Below are positions 33,825 to 43,641 of a DNA stretch of 64,000 nt, piece by piece. The notes under the pieces were generated by a model. The model had not been told where the DNA came from. It searched no databases and saw nothing but the letters and a program-made list of their open reading frames with translations. The position numbers were made by a program, and so were the translations under genes. This DNA is from a bacterium (GTDB lineage Bacteria; Patescibacteriota; Minisyncoccia; Phycocordibacterales; Phycocordibacteraceae). Position 1 is the stretch's first letter, and every line of letters starts with the position of its first letter. The stretch lies in contig JAJYHK010000019.1 of the NCBI GenBank assembly GCA_021784815.1, forward strand, positions 48,726-112,725. The letters are read 5' to 3'.

Positions 33825-35507
33825 TCAGACGTTCTGAATCATGTCGCGCTTGATGTCGTCGAAGGAGCCGCCGACCTTCTTCCCCGGGTTCAAGATGTTT
33901 TCGGGATCGAAGAGTTCCTTCACCTGCGCGAAGAGCGCGACGATCTCCGGCCCGAAGAGCATAGGGAGATAGGGCGTGCGGATGATGCCGTCGTTGTGCT
34001 CGCCGGTGGTCGTACCGCCTTCGCTTATGACGAGGCGGTACACTTTCGGCGCAAGCTCGAGAATGACGTCCCTATTTTCTTTCTTCGAGAGATCCATGAG
34101 CGGGATGATGTGGAAATTGCCGTTGCCGATGTGCCCGGCAATCGTATAGATGAAGTGGCTTTTGTACTGATCGAGGAGCGCGTTCAATTTCGGCAGAAAT
34201 TCCGGATATGTCTCCGGCGGCACGACGAAGTCGTCGATAAAGGGCGACGCGTACATGCCGTGCAGATTCTTGCGCAGAAGCGAGAAGCTTTCGCGGCGCA
34301 CGATCCAGTATTTCTCGCTCTCTTTTTCGTTTTTTTCTATTTTCGCTTGCACGTCAAGGCCGTTGAGCGCGTCGCGCGCTGCGAAGGCCTTGCGATCCGC
34401 TTCTTCGATGGACGCCTCGGCAAACTCGGCCATGAGGATGAGTTTAGGCACGCCGCCGGTCGCGACCATGGCCGCCTCGGGAATGAAGTCGATGCCGAGC
34501 CGAGCCGCTTTGGCGAAGCCCATCTGCCTGAGCATTTGCGGCAGGAGCTTCACCGCGAGCGTGAAAGTGTGATCGTCGTAGCTCTCGAAGGACTCGGGAT
34601 GCTGCGGCAGGACGCGCTTCACGATTTCCGGGAGGAGCGCGATGTCGGAGAGGAAGATGACGAGCATCGCGCGGTGTTCCTTGGGAGTGACGAGCGCGAG
34701 CCGCGCGCGCGTCCAGAGCGCGAGCGTGCCCTGACTGCCGCAGATGAGCTTCGCGAGGTTCAGGCCGCCCGTACGCTCATCGCGCACGTTCCAGAGCGCG
34801 TACCCGGCGCTGTTTTTGCTCACCTTCGGCTTATGCGCGGCGATGAGCCTCGCGTTTTTTGCGAGAAGCTCGTCCATGCCGCGGTAGAGCGCGCCCTCGA
34901 GCGTCTTGAGCCTTTTTTTCTCTTCGACCTCTTCGGGGGAGAAGAGTTTAAAGGTTGTCGTGCTGCCGTCGCTAAGCACGACGTCCATCTCCTCGATGTA
35001 CTTCTCGGTCTTGCCGTACTCGAGCGTGCGCTCCCCGCCCGAATTGTTCGCGACGATGCCGCCCATGGCGCAAAGCTCGCGACTCGCGGGGTAGGAGGGG
35101 AGGATAAGGTTTTTGGCGAGGGTTTCCTTTTCGAAATCGCGATAGAAGACACCCGGCTCGGTCTCGGCATAGCCGTCGGCGATCGGGTCGTTGCCTGACT
35201 CCACCGTGAGCACGCGGTTCAGGTGTTCGGTAAAGGAGATGACGACGCCGGTCGTAAGGGGCCCGCCGCTCATGTCGGTACCGGCCGCGCGGGCCGCGAC
35301 GCACACGTCTGCGCCCGCCTTCTTCGCGTCATGCACCGTCTGTACGATCGCCGCGACATCCGCGGCGTCCGCGGGGCAGGCGACGAGCTCGGGCATCCGC
35401 ATGAAGAGCGACGTGTCGCGGCTCATTTTCTTGAGCGTGTCCGCATCATCCTTCACTTCGCCCGTAATCACGCGCACAATTTCTTTTTTAAGATCGAATT
35501 CCTCCAT
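33825..35507 (-). CDS. FAD-binding oxidoreductase (GlcD/D-lactate dehydrogenase, VAO family)
   Basis: ARAAGTDMSGGPL, GGIVANNSGG, GSQGTL, GHIGNGNFHI, GEHNDG, FDPENILNPGK. Confidence 0.92.
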   Translation of the reverse strand: MEEFDLKKEIVRVITGEVKDDADTLKKMSRDTSLFMRMPELVACPADAADVAAIVQTVHDAKKAGADVCVAARAAGTDMSGGPLTTGVVISFTEHLNRVLTVESGNDPIADGYAETEPGVFYRDFEKETLAKNLILPSYPASRELCAMGGIVANNSGGERTLEYGKTEKYIEEMDVVLSDGSTTTFKLFSPEEVEEKKRLKTLEGALYRGMDELLAKNARLIAAHKPKVSKNSAGYALWNVRDERTGGLNLAKLICGSQGTLALWTRARLALVTPKEHRAMLVIFLSDIALLPEIVKRVLPQHPESFESYDDHTFTLAVKLLPQMLRQMGFAKAARLGIDFIPEAAMVATGGVPKLILMAEFAEASIEEADRKAFAARDALNGLDVQAKIEKNEKESEKYWIVRRESFSLLRKNLHGMYASPFIDDFVVPPETYPEFLPKLNALLDQYKSHFIYTIAGHIGNGNFHIIPLMDLSKKENRDVILELAPKVYRLVISEGGTTTGEHNDGIIRTPYLPMLFGPEIVALFAQVKELFDPENILNPGKKVGGSFDDIKRDMIQNV

Positions 35508-35716
35508 GGAGGCAGTATAGAACGCACACTGCACCATTTTTGCGGGCGATGGTACAATCTGTGTATGCCAGGGGAGGTTGGGAATCGCAAAAAGGTTCTC
35601 GCAAATGCCAGTATTGAGCCGGGTGGCGGGACTTTGAGTAACGGCCGTACATTGGTACACTATGCCAGTATTTTGGGCTGCCTAAAGCTAGCTCCGGTAC
35701 ACAGGTAACAATCGAC

Positions 35717-36454
35717 ATGAACAACACTAATCGAACCATTCTTGCAGTTATTGTGCTGGCCGTCGTTGTTGGCGCGGGCGGGTACGCGCTCTCGCGTCCG
35801 TCTGCGGCAAATGCGCAAACGGTGGCCACGGTGAACGGTGCCCCGATTACTCGGAGCCAGCTCCAATCGGAGGAGGCGCAGATCGGTACGCAGATGGGCG
35901 CGAGCGGTACCTCGACCGCGCTGTTCCAGAACACGGCGCTTAACGCGCTCATCGGCACCGAGCTTCTGAAGCAGGCGGCGGCAAAGGCCGGCTATGCCGC
36001 ATCCTCGACCGCCATTGATTCCCAGCTCGCCGCGGTGAAAGCGCAATTCAAGACGACGCAGGACTATCAGAACGCACTTAAGGCTCAGAATCTCACGGAG
36101 CCGCAGCTGCGTTCGCAGATTGCGGACAATCTCTTGATCGGCCAGTTCCTGCAGCACCAGCTTAATCTCTCGGCGGCGACTGCGACCGAAGCGCAGATTC
36201 AGCAGGCGTACCAGACCGAGAAGCAGCAGCAACCGAACATGCCCGCACTCTCGTTGGTTCATGATCAGCTCGCACAGATGATCGTGCAGCAGGAGCAACA
36301 GCAGGCGGTGGCGCAGTACGTGCAGCAGCTGCGCGCGAGCGCCGATGTGAAGATCTTCATTTCGACTTCGACGCCAAGCGTGCCGGCGGGCACGGCCCCG
36401 ACGGGCGGCACAAGCGCGGGCGCGAACGGCTCGACCACGGGCACCCAGGGCTAA
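35717..36454 (+). CDS. SurA N-terminal-domain chaperone
   Basis: N-terminal TM, VATVNGAPITRSQL, LNALIGTELLKQAA, YVQQLRASADVK; no PPIase domain seen. Confidence 0.85.
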   Translation: MNNTNRTILAVIVLAVVVGAGGYALSRPSAANAQTVATVNGAPITRSQLQSEEAQIGTQMGASGTSTALFQNTALNALIGTELLKQAAAKAGYAASSTAIDSQLAAVKAQFKTTQDYQNALKAQNLTEPQLRSQIADNLLIGQFLQHQLNLSAATATEAQIQQAYQTEKQQQPNMPALSLVHDQLAQMIVQQEQQQAVAQYVQQLRASADVKIFISTSTPSVPAGTAPTGGTSAGANGSTTGTQG

Positions 36455-36476
36455 ACAGGGGGGTGCTAAGCGCAAA

Positions 36477-36507
36477 CAAAGCCCCGCGGCAAAGCCGCGG
36501 GGCTTTG
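36477..36507 (+). terminator. Intrinsic terminator
   Basis: caaagccccgcggc-aaa-gccgcggggctttg. Confidence 0.75.
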
Positions 36508-36521
36508 CTAGAATTGCGCAC

Positions 36522-36953
36522 ATGTCCGCGCGACCGGAAAAGAGTGCATGGAGCCGGCTGCGCCGCACCCTTCGCACGCGTACGACGGGGTCGGTAACGC
36601 GCTTGCCGCGCGTTCACCGGCAGAGCGCGATGCACAAGGAAGCGGCGGAGCGTGCGCGTGCGCTTGCGCACGCGCGTCTCGAACACTTCAACCGGTTTTA
36701 TGGCTTCACCTACGAACGCGTGTTCATCCGTAGCCAAAAGACGCGCTGGGGCGCCTGCTCGGCCAAGGGAAACCTCGGCTTCAACTTCCGCATCGCGTAC
36801 CTGCCAGCGTACCTTGCCGACTACGTCATCGTGCACGAGCTCTGCCACCTCGAGCAGTTCAATCATCCGCCCGCTTTCTGGGAGCTTGTCGCTAGAACGA
36901 TTCCCGACCACAAGGCACGCCGTACCGAGCTACGCAGGCGCTACCGGTTTTAA
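36522..36953 (+). CDS. M48/YgjP (DUF45) family metallohydrolase
   Basis: QKTRWGACS, DYVIVHELCHL, NHPPAFW. Confidence 0.92.
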   Translation: MSARPEKSAWSRLRRTLRTRTTGSVTRLPRVHRQSAMHKEAAERARALAHARLEHFNRFYGFTYERVFIRSQKTRWGACSAKGNLGFNFRIAYLPAYLADYVIVHELCHLEQFNHPPAFWELVARTIPDHKARRTELRRRYRF

Positions 36954-37022
36954 TCACCCAGGGGTCTTAGTTTTCCACAGGAGCTTCTTGAACCGAGTAC
37001 GAATGGGAGTACGGTAAAAGTA

Positions 37023-39980
37023 ATGTGCGCTCGCACGTTCGCACTCCTGGGGTTCTTTTTTGTCGGCGTACTCGGCTGGATCCTGCTGCCGTTCGGGGCG
37101 CATGCGGCCATGGTTGTCAGTCTTAGCGGGACAGCGCTGTTTAGGCACGTCTCTGTTATTTGGCCGACTTATACCTTCGCTAGTATGACTATGACGAAAT
37201 CCGCGCTGCGCGCGGGTGACGCGGTGGGATTCGCGACTACGATCGCGAGCGACTCGGGCGCGCCAATTTTCGAAGCAGATCTCTCTCCGCTCAACGGCCC
37301 CGACGTAACGGACTCCTCAGTGATCGCGACGATCCCCGATACGGACCCCGCGCTGCAGGACTATACATTCAGACTCGATCCGGTTGCGGTGGCTCCTTCT
37401 GCGGCTACGGGAACGCGGACCGTCTCCCTGTATGCGTATGCGCCGCTCAGTATCGGTGATGCCACGTCCGTACCGATCGTTATCGACAACGCGGCGCCGA
37501 TCGTCTCGCTTGCCGCTGCGTCTGCCTCAAGTAGTCCAGGAACGCTCATTTTATATCTCACCGGCTCGGCAGACGGCACTGGGAGCCGCGCGAACATAAT
37601 TGCGCTTGAGGGTGACGCGTACGATAGCTCGGGTGCGCTCTTGACGAGCGGTCCGGTGCCGCACACGTTTGTGACCGCAAACGTTGCGGCCCTTAATGCG
37701 GCGCTTGCATCCTCGACCAACGGCTCGTTTGTGCATGCGCTGGTCGCGATTGATACATCGTCATTGCCGACCTCTCAAGCCGCCGCGCTCGTGCTTACGC
37801 TCGTGGTTGCGGATGGGGCAGGGAACATCGCCACCGCAAGTACGAGCGTGCCACTCGTTCCACCGAGACCAAAGCTCTCGAGCGTGCTCTTCATCCCCGG
37901 CACCGAGGCGAGTCGGTTGTACTACCGCGATGCGCAGGGCAAGGACCATCAAGAATGGGAACCGACCGTAAGCACGAATATCTCATTCCTGGCAATGAAC
38001 CCGGATGGTACGAGCAAATTTCGCTTGTTTACCAAGGACATCCTCGATGTCGGTGAACGTTTCAGCCCGCAGGCTGCCCTCATTGCGAAAGAATTCGGTC
38101 AGAATGTGCAGGTATATGGCGATTTTGAAGCCTTCATGAATGACCTCGTCGCGTCGAGCACGGTCGAAATGCATGCGTGGCGGGCGTACCCGTATGATTG
38201 GCGCTACGACCCCGCCGCGATCGTGAACGACGGTACGCTCACGGAATTACCCGACGGATCGATCACTCGAGTATATCTCGAAAACGTGCTCCAGCGGATG
38301 GCGTCGAGCTCGGCGACGGGCAAGGTGACGGTCGTCGCGCATAGTAACGGCGGCTTGTTGGCGAAAGCGTTGCTCAACAAGCTGCAGCAGGAAGGAAAGA
38401 CGACGCTAGTTGACCGGCTCATCTTGGTCGGGACGCCGCAATGGGGTACGCCGTCCGATATCGGCAGCATGCTCCACGGCGACGGACAGTCGTGGCTCGG
38501 GGGGCTCCTCCTGCAAGCAGCGCCAGCGCGCGCGGTTATCGAATGGCTGCCCGACGCGTATGATCTGCTCCCCTCGGCGGCGTATTTCTCCCACGTGGCG
38601 AATGCGGCTGCCGTATTTGAGCCGGGCGCGCTATCAGGCGCCTACGCGACCCAGTACGGAAAATTCGTTACTTCGTCGCGTGCACTGAACCGGTTTCTTG
38701 AAGATGATGGTAACGTGCATCCCGCTGTGGTGAGCGAAAACGATCTCTATACGCCCGCAACGCTGTCTTCGGCATTGCTTGGTACGGCGACAGCGACGCA
38801 CGCGGTGCTTGATGCATGGACGCCGCCAGCAGGCGTCGCAGTCACGGCGATAGCAGGATGGGGCCAAGAAACGGTTAGCGGCTTGGTGTACACGACAAAG
38901 ACGGTGTGCAGCATGCTGAGCGCCGATATACTGCCGAGCCTGTGCCCGACACCGCAACGGCTTGAGCACGCGCCCATTTTGACCCAAGACGGCGATGATA
39001 CGGTCGTCTCTCCAAGCGCGGTGGGCGATGTGGGGCAGAAGCTGTATTTCAATGCAAAAACGTATGCCAACGTTGGCAAAAATATAACTCACCAGGATTT
39101 AATGTCCGCCGTTCCAGTTCAACAAGAAATCATTAATTTGCTTGAAAACAATCGGTCCAGTACATCTCTCTATATCGGGCCGGCAGAACCGACGGGAGGA
39201 ACAAACCCGCTCATCCAAATCAGCTCTCATTCCCCGGTGCATCTCGTGGTGAGTAACGCGGCGGGGCAGCAGTCGGGCGTCCTGCCGCTGCCGGGTACTG
39301 ACTTTGCCGGGGTCAAAAAAGACATTCCCGGGAGCGCGGTACAGGTGCTCGATGACGAGGAGTACGTGACCGTGCCGCAGAATGGCCTGTACCGCGTTAC
39401 CGCTACCGGATATGCAACGGGAACGGCGACCATTAGCATAGCTGCGGTGTCGAGCGCGGGCTACGCGAGCACAACCGCGGAGCTTGCGGACGTTCCGGTC
39501 GCGGCAAGTTCGACGATTTCGTTTTCGGTTTCGAGCGGCGCGCCAGGCTCGGCGCGCGTGGATGAAAACGGCGACGGCAAAGCCGAGTTCACTATCTCGA
39601 CGAGCACTTTCTCGGGCAATCCGAACGGGTATGTGCGCTTCATGGAGGCGGCCGTTACCGCCATGCGGCTTGCACCGTTTCTGGAGCGCCCCATACAGGC
39701 ACAGCTCTATCTTATCGATCGTAGCCTTAAGATGCAGGATAGGATCCGGGAAATCGCTGATCACTATCCACAGCTCCTCATGCGGCATAGCCCGCTCATT
39801 GACCTGCAGGTCGACGCGCTTACGCGCTGGATTAGTATGCGAGCTGCTCATCCCAGGGCGAATATTCCGCGAGGAGATTTCTTCGAGGCGGAACGGGAGC
39901 GCTTTATGCCGCAACTGTCGACAATCCAGGCACAGGCACTTCTAAGCATGCTTAACTACGTTAAAACCCTTCTCCCATGA
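37023..39980 (+). CDS. Large secreted alpha/beta-hydrolase (LCAT/phospholipase-like) with Ig-like flanks
   Basis: Signal peptide; FIPGTEAS, YPYDWR, AHSNGG, GTPQWGTP, DGDDTV, THQDL. Confidence 0.85.
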   Translation: MCARTFALLGFFFVGVLGWILLPFGAHAAMVVSLSGTALFRHVSVIWPTYTFASMTMTKSALRAGDAVGFATTIASDSGAPIFEADLSPLNGPDVTDSSVIATIPDTDPALQDYTFRLDPVAVAPSAATGTRTVSLYAYAPLSIGDATSVPIVIDNAAPIVSLAAASASSSPGTLILYLTGSADGTGSRANIIALEGDAYDSSGALLTSGPVPHTFVTANVAALNAALASSTNGSFVHALVAIDTSSLPTSQAAALVLTLVVADGAGNIATASTSVPLVPPRPKLSSVLFIPGTEASRLYYRDAQGKDHQEWEPTVSTNISFLAMNPDGTSKFRLFTKDILDVGERFSPQAALIAKEFGQNVQVYGDFEAFMNDLVASSTVEMHAWRAYPYDWRYDPAAIVNDGTLTELPDGSITRVYLENVLQRMASSSATGKVTVVAHSNGGLLAKALLNKLQQEGKTTLVDRLILVGTPQWGTPSDIGSMLHGDGQSWLGGLLLQAAPARAVIEWLPDAYDLLPSAAYFSHVANAAAVFEPGALSGAYATQYGKFVTSSRALNRFLEDDGNVHPAVVSENDLYTPATLSSALLGTATATHAVLDAWTPPAGVAVTAIAGWGQETVSGLVYTTKTVCSMLSADILPSLCPTPQRLEHAPILTQDGDDTVVSPSAVGDVGQKLYFNAKTYANVGKNITHQDLMSAVPVQQEIINLLENNRSSTSLYIGPAEPTGGTNPLIQISSHSPVHLVVSNAAGQQSGVLPLPGTDFAGVKKDIPGSAVQVLDDEEYVTVPQNGLYRVTATGYATGTATISIAAVSSAGYASTTAELADVPVAASSTISFSVSSGAPGSARVDENGDGKAEFTISTSTFSGNPNGYVRFMEAAVTAMRLAPFLERPIQAQLYLIDRSLKMQDRIREIADHYPQLLMRHSPLIDLQVDALTRWISMRAAHPRANIPRGDFFEAERERFMPQLSTIQAQALLSMLNYVKTLLP

Positions 39981-40435
39981 AGCTCTGGATTAAGAAATTG
40001 CTCATTTTCGTGATTGCAGGGTTTGTATACACCTTTGGCCAATATTTTCGTGGGGTATGGTTTCTAAATAGCGGTCTGCCAAACACATGTGGGCATGCGA
40101 TATTTAATGGAATCCCTTTTTGTGATTCACCATATCTAGATACCCTCGGGTGGCCGCTCATAACACTGGGTGAAGTGCTCGCTGTTGTCGCCGTTATCAT
40201 GCTTTTTGCAAACGAGAGAGGTCTTCGTAAGTGGTTCCGATTTTCGCTTGTATACCTGCCACTTGCCGCAGTGCTGTCTATCTACCTCTCCAGCTTACGT
40301 TTGCCGCTCGGTCCCACTATACAGCTTTGGGGTCCCGTTCGTTTCTTCGGTATCATCTATGCGCTCGTAACAGCCGGGATCGTGCTCTACGCGAGAGTGC
40401 GGCGCCCGGATCCTGTTCCACGCGCCGCGCCGTAA
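39977..40435 (+). CDS. Four-TM membrane protein, coupled to the lipase gene
   Basis: ATGA overlap, hydrophobic helices, visibly AT-richer than the flanks. Confidence 0.75.
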   Translation: MKLWIKKLLIFVIAGFVYTFGQYFRGVWFLNSGLPNTCGHAIFNGIPFCDSPYLDTLGWPLITLGEVLAVVAVIMLFANERGLRKWFRFSLVYLPLAAVLSIYLSSLRLPLGPTIQLWGPVRFFGIIYALVTAGIVLYARVRRPDPVPRAAP

Positions 40436-40521
40436 GAAGCACTTGATTATCCCCAGGGGTGCCTGGAGCGGGGTTGGTATGCTCTCAGGGTTGTTAGCTA
40501 ATCAGTAACCACCTTGCGCCT

Positions 40522-41142
40522 ATGAAACTCTACTACTCCCCGGGAGCCTGTTCGCTGTCGCCGCATATCGTGTCGCGTGAGCTCGGGCTGCCCGTCGAAC
40601 TCTCGAAGGTCACCTTTTCCGCCGATGGCCGCACTACCGAAGAAGGCGAGAACTTTTTTCAGGTAAATCCGCGCGGCGGCTATGTGCCAGCGCTACGGCT
40701 CGACGACAGCTCGGTACTCCTTGAAGGGCCGGCAATTGTGCAGTATCTCGCTGACCAGGCGCCGGAGAAGGGTCTTCTGCCGGAGTGCAGTACCCGCGCG
40801 TACTACGACGCGATCTCGTGGATGACGTTCATCTCGACCGAGCTCCATAAGGGTTTCAGTCCGCTCTACGGGAATCCGCCGGAAGAGGAGAAAGCGAAGA
40901 TCATCGACCGGCTCAAGAAGCGTATTGCGATCATTGAAGCGGCTCTTGAGGGGAAGGAGTACCTCCTTGGCTCGACCTTTAGCATTGCCGACTGCTACCT
41001 CTACACGATTCTGCGCTGGACGGGACAGTTCGGCATCGATCTCGCTGCCTATCCGCACACGAAGGCCTTTGTGGCGCGCATAGAAAAACGCTCAGGGGTG
41101 CAGCAGGCACTCTCGGAGGAGGGGCTTGAGCCCGTCGCATAG
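40522..41142 (+). CDS. Glutathione S-transferase (beta class)
   Basis: MKLYYSPGACSL, GYVPAL, EGPAIVQYLAD, TELHKGF, FSIADCYL. Confidence 0.95.
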   Translation: MKLYYSPGACSLSPHIVSRELGLPVELSKVTFSADGRTTEEGENFFQVNPRGGYVPALRLDDSSVLLEGPAIVQYLADQAPEKGLLPECSTRAYYDAISWMTFISTELHKGFSPLYGNPPEEEKAKIIDRLKKRIAIIEAALEGKEYLLGSTFSIADCYLYTILRWTGQFGIDLAAYPHTKAFVARIEKRSGVQQALSEEGLEPVA

Positions 41143-41155
41143 TTTAAGTTCATGA

Positions 41156-41191
41156 CAAAACAAGGCCGAGCGGCTGCTCGGCCTTGTTTTG
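41156..41191 (+). terminator. Intrinsic terminator (16-bp stem)
   Basis: caaaacaaggccgagc-ggct-gctcggccttgttttg. Confidence 0.8.
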
Positions 41192-41238
41192 CATCGACGC
41201 CTGCGGTGTCTCGCGCTGTCATGCTACGCTACGCGCAT

Positions 41239-41415
41239 ATGCATATCGAATGGAATCGGGTGACGTGGTATTCGTGGCTCGCGGCCGTCATCGTATTTGG
41301 CGGAGCCCTCGCGATCGGTTTCTACCTCGGAGCTCGTTGGGAGCAGGTGCACATTGAGCGCGCGCTTACGCAAATGCCTGCGAGTACCGGGCATGCGCCC
41401 GCGGTCGCGCAGTAG
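41239..41415 (+). CDS. Small single-TM protein
   Basis: MHIEWNRVTWYSWLAAVIVFGG...; -10-like TACGCT 8 nt upstream. Confidence 0.6.
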   Translation: MHIEWNRVTWYSWLAAVIVFGGALAIGFYLGARWEQVHIERALTQMPASTGHAPAVAQ

Positions 41416-41477
41416 GTGCGCGAAACAGCACGCGGCCAGCGGCCGCGCGCTGTTTCGCGTTCCGGTATACTGCCTGC

Positions 41478-43187
41478 ATGATCCAGGGCGAAGCGCTCGC
41501 AATCCTTAAGACCGGTGCAAACGTTTTCCTCACCGGCGAGCCGGGCAGCGGGAAGACGCACACGATTAACGCGTACATCGCCTGGCTACGCGCATGCGGC
41601 ATCGAGCCCTCGATTACCGCGGCCACCGGAATCGCGGCGACCCATGTGGGCGGCATGACCATCCACTCCTGGAGCGGCATCGGCGTCACGCAAAATATCA
41701 CTCCGGCCGACATCGACCGCATCGCCGGCAAGGAACACGTCGCGCGGAGGATCCTGAAGGCGAAAGCGCTCATTATCGAAGAGGTTTCTATGCTCTCGGC
41801 CGATATGCTTGGCGGCGTTGATGCCATCTGCCGTGAGGCAAGACGCGACGAACGGCCTTTCGGCGGTCTCACGGTCGTGCTCGTGGGCGACTTCTTCCAG
41901 CTGCCGCCCATCGTGCAGCGCAACCCGCGCTCCGCCAGTATGGGGGATGAGCGCACGGATGCGCTTTTCGCGTACGCGTCCGAATCTTGGCGCGAACTCA
42001 ATCCGGTCATCTGTTACCTCACGGAGCAGCATCGCCAGGAGGATGACGCGTTTCTCGACATTCTCTCCGCTATCCGCGCGGGCGAGGTGGGCCAGCATCA
42101 CTACGAACAGCTCCTCACCCGGGAGACCGAGGACGCGTTCGTACCGGAGGATGCGCCGAAGCTCTACACGCATAATGCCGACGTCGACCGCATCAATGCG
42201 ACCGCGCTCGCGAAGCTGCCCGGACCGTCGAAGAAGTTTCTCATGACGAGCAAGGGGCGCGATGCGCTCGTCGAAGGGCTGAAGCGCGGCTGCCTCTCGC
42301 CCGAGGTGCTCGAGCTCAAAGAGGGTGCGACGGTCATGTTCACCAAGAACTCTCCGCAGGGAAGGTTTGTCAATGGTACCCTCGGCACGGTCGCGGGATT
42401 CGAGCGGGGGAGCGGCATGCCGCTCGTGGAGACGCGCGCCGGGCAGGCCGTGACTGTCGAACCCATGGAGTGGCAGGTGGAAGAGCAGGGCACGGTACGC
42501 GCGAGCATTGCCCAGGTGCCGCTACGGCTCGCGTACGCAATGACCGTCCACAAAAGCCAAGGGCTCTCGATGGACGCCGCGGTCATCGACCTCTCCCGCG
42601 CCTTTGAGTACGGGCAGGGCTATGTGGCGCTGAGCCGCGTGCGGCGGCTTGATGGCGTGCACCTGCTTGGCATCGGCCAGCGCGCGCTCCGGGTGCATCC
42701 GGCTATCCTTGCGGAGGACCATCGATTTCGCAGCGCTTCGGAGGCGGCAGCGGCGACTTTTGGCGAGCTGTCGGAAATAGAGCTCCATGCGCTCCAGAAG
42801 CGATTCGTGAAGGCAGCGGGCGGCGCATGGAAAGAGCGAGTGCCGGACGCTTCTCTTGAGAGCGCACCCAAGGGTCTTCAGGGCCGGCTCGCGCAGACGC
42901 TCCAAGCCGCGCGCGATGCGCGCACGCTCGCCGAGGTGGCAAAGGAGCGCGGGCTCACCGCTTCGACCATCGTGAAGCATCTCGAAGAGCTCGCTAGCGC
43001 GGGTGCGCTCGAATGCAAGGACATCGCGCATCTGCTCCCGATAGGCAGCGCGTATACCGAGATCCAAGAGGCGCTTGCAGGAGCTGGTACCGAGCGGCTG
43101 ACGCCGGTATTCACCGCGCTCGGCGGTCGCTACTCATTTGAAGAAATTCGCCTCGTGCGCCTTATGCGCGCATACGCGCGATCGTGA
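41478..43187 (+). CDS. Pif1-family SF1B helicase with C-terminal HTH
   Basis: GEPGSGKT, IEEVSML, GDFFQLPPI, PLRLAYAMTVHKSQGLS, GQGYVALSR. Confidence 0.93.
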   Translation: MIQGEALAILKTGANVFLTGEPGSGKTHTINAYIAWLRACGIEPSITAATGIAATHVGGMTIHSWSGIGVTQNITPADIDRIAGKEHVARRILKAKALIIEEVSMLSADMLGGVDAICREARRDERPFGGLTVVLVGDFFQLPPIVQRNPRSASMGDERTDALFAYASESWRELNPVICYLTEQHRQEDDAFLDILSAIRAGEVGQHHYEQLLTRETEDAFVPEDAPKLYTHNADVDRINATALAKLPGPSKKFLMTSKGRDALVEGLKRGCLSPEVLELKEGATVMFTKNSPQGRFVNGTLGTVAGFERGSGMPLVETRAGQAVTVEPMEWQVEEQGTVRASIAQVPLRLAYAMTVHKSQGLSMDAAVIDLSRAFEYGQGYVALSRVRRLDGVHLLGIGQRALRVHPAILAEDHRFRSASEAAAATFGELSEIELHALQKRFVKAAGGAWKERVPDASLESAPKGLQGRLAQTLQAARDARTLAEVAKERGLTASTIVKHLEELASAGALECKDIAHLLPIGSAYTEIQEALAGAGTERLTPVFTALGGRYSFEEIRLVRLMRAYARS

Positions 43188-43200
43188 GCACCAGGCCCGG

Positions 43201-43641
43201 TTAGCGGCGAATGCGGCGGGCAAAGCTGAGGCTCGAGAACGCGAGATATCCGGCGAGGAGGAACCCGGCCCAGGAGATCCAAAGCGGAAGCGGGAATCCG
43301 CCGAATATGATCGAGATGTTGAAGAGAAGGCGTGCGAGGTGCGCGAGCGAGACGATTGTAAAGATGACGCCCGCGATGACGAGGAGTGTGCGTTCCGAAG
43401 GCGAGGAGATAGGCAACCGCATGTTCCAGCCATAGTGGATGAGGAGCAGCAGGAGCGCGCTGTCGAACACAAGGATTTCCGGAAGCATGTGGTTCGTCCA
43501 GGTGACGCCGAGGAGGGAGAGCGGGAGTATGCCCGCGGCGGAGAACCAGAGGACGCTGATAATGTCGGCGAGCACGAGGCCGGTCGCGACTTTCGCGACT
43601 TCACGGAGTGCGCGGTGGTGGTTCATGTGTGAGATCGTCAT
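43201..43641 (-). CDS. Membrane protein
   Basis: Four TM segments including AHLARLLF...PLWISW; overlaps the upstream HAD gene. Confidence 0.7.
   Translation of the reverse strand: MTISHMNHHRALREVAKVATGLVLADIISVLWFSAAGILPLSLLGVTWTNHMLPEILVFDSALLLLLIHYGWNMRLPISSPSERTLLVIAGVIFTIVSLAHLARLLFNISIIFGGFPLPLWISWAGFLLAGYLAFSSLSFARRIRR

Noticed and set aside
35560-35716. Possible riboswitch (c-di-GMP-like) or ATGCCAG triple repeat before the SurA-like gene
   Set aside because: The GEMM consensus stems are not present. Tandem extended -10 promoters (TGGTACAAT, TGGTACACT) explain the region adequately.
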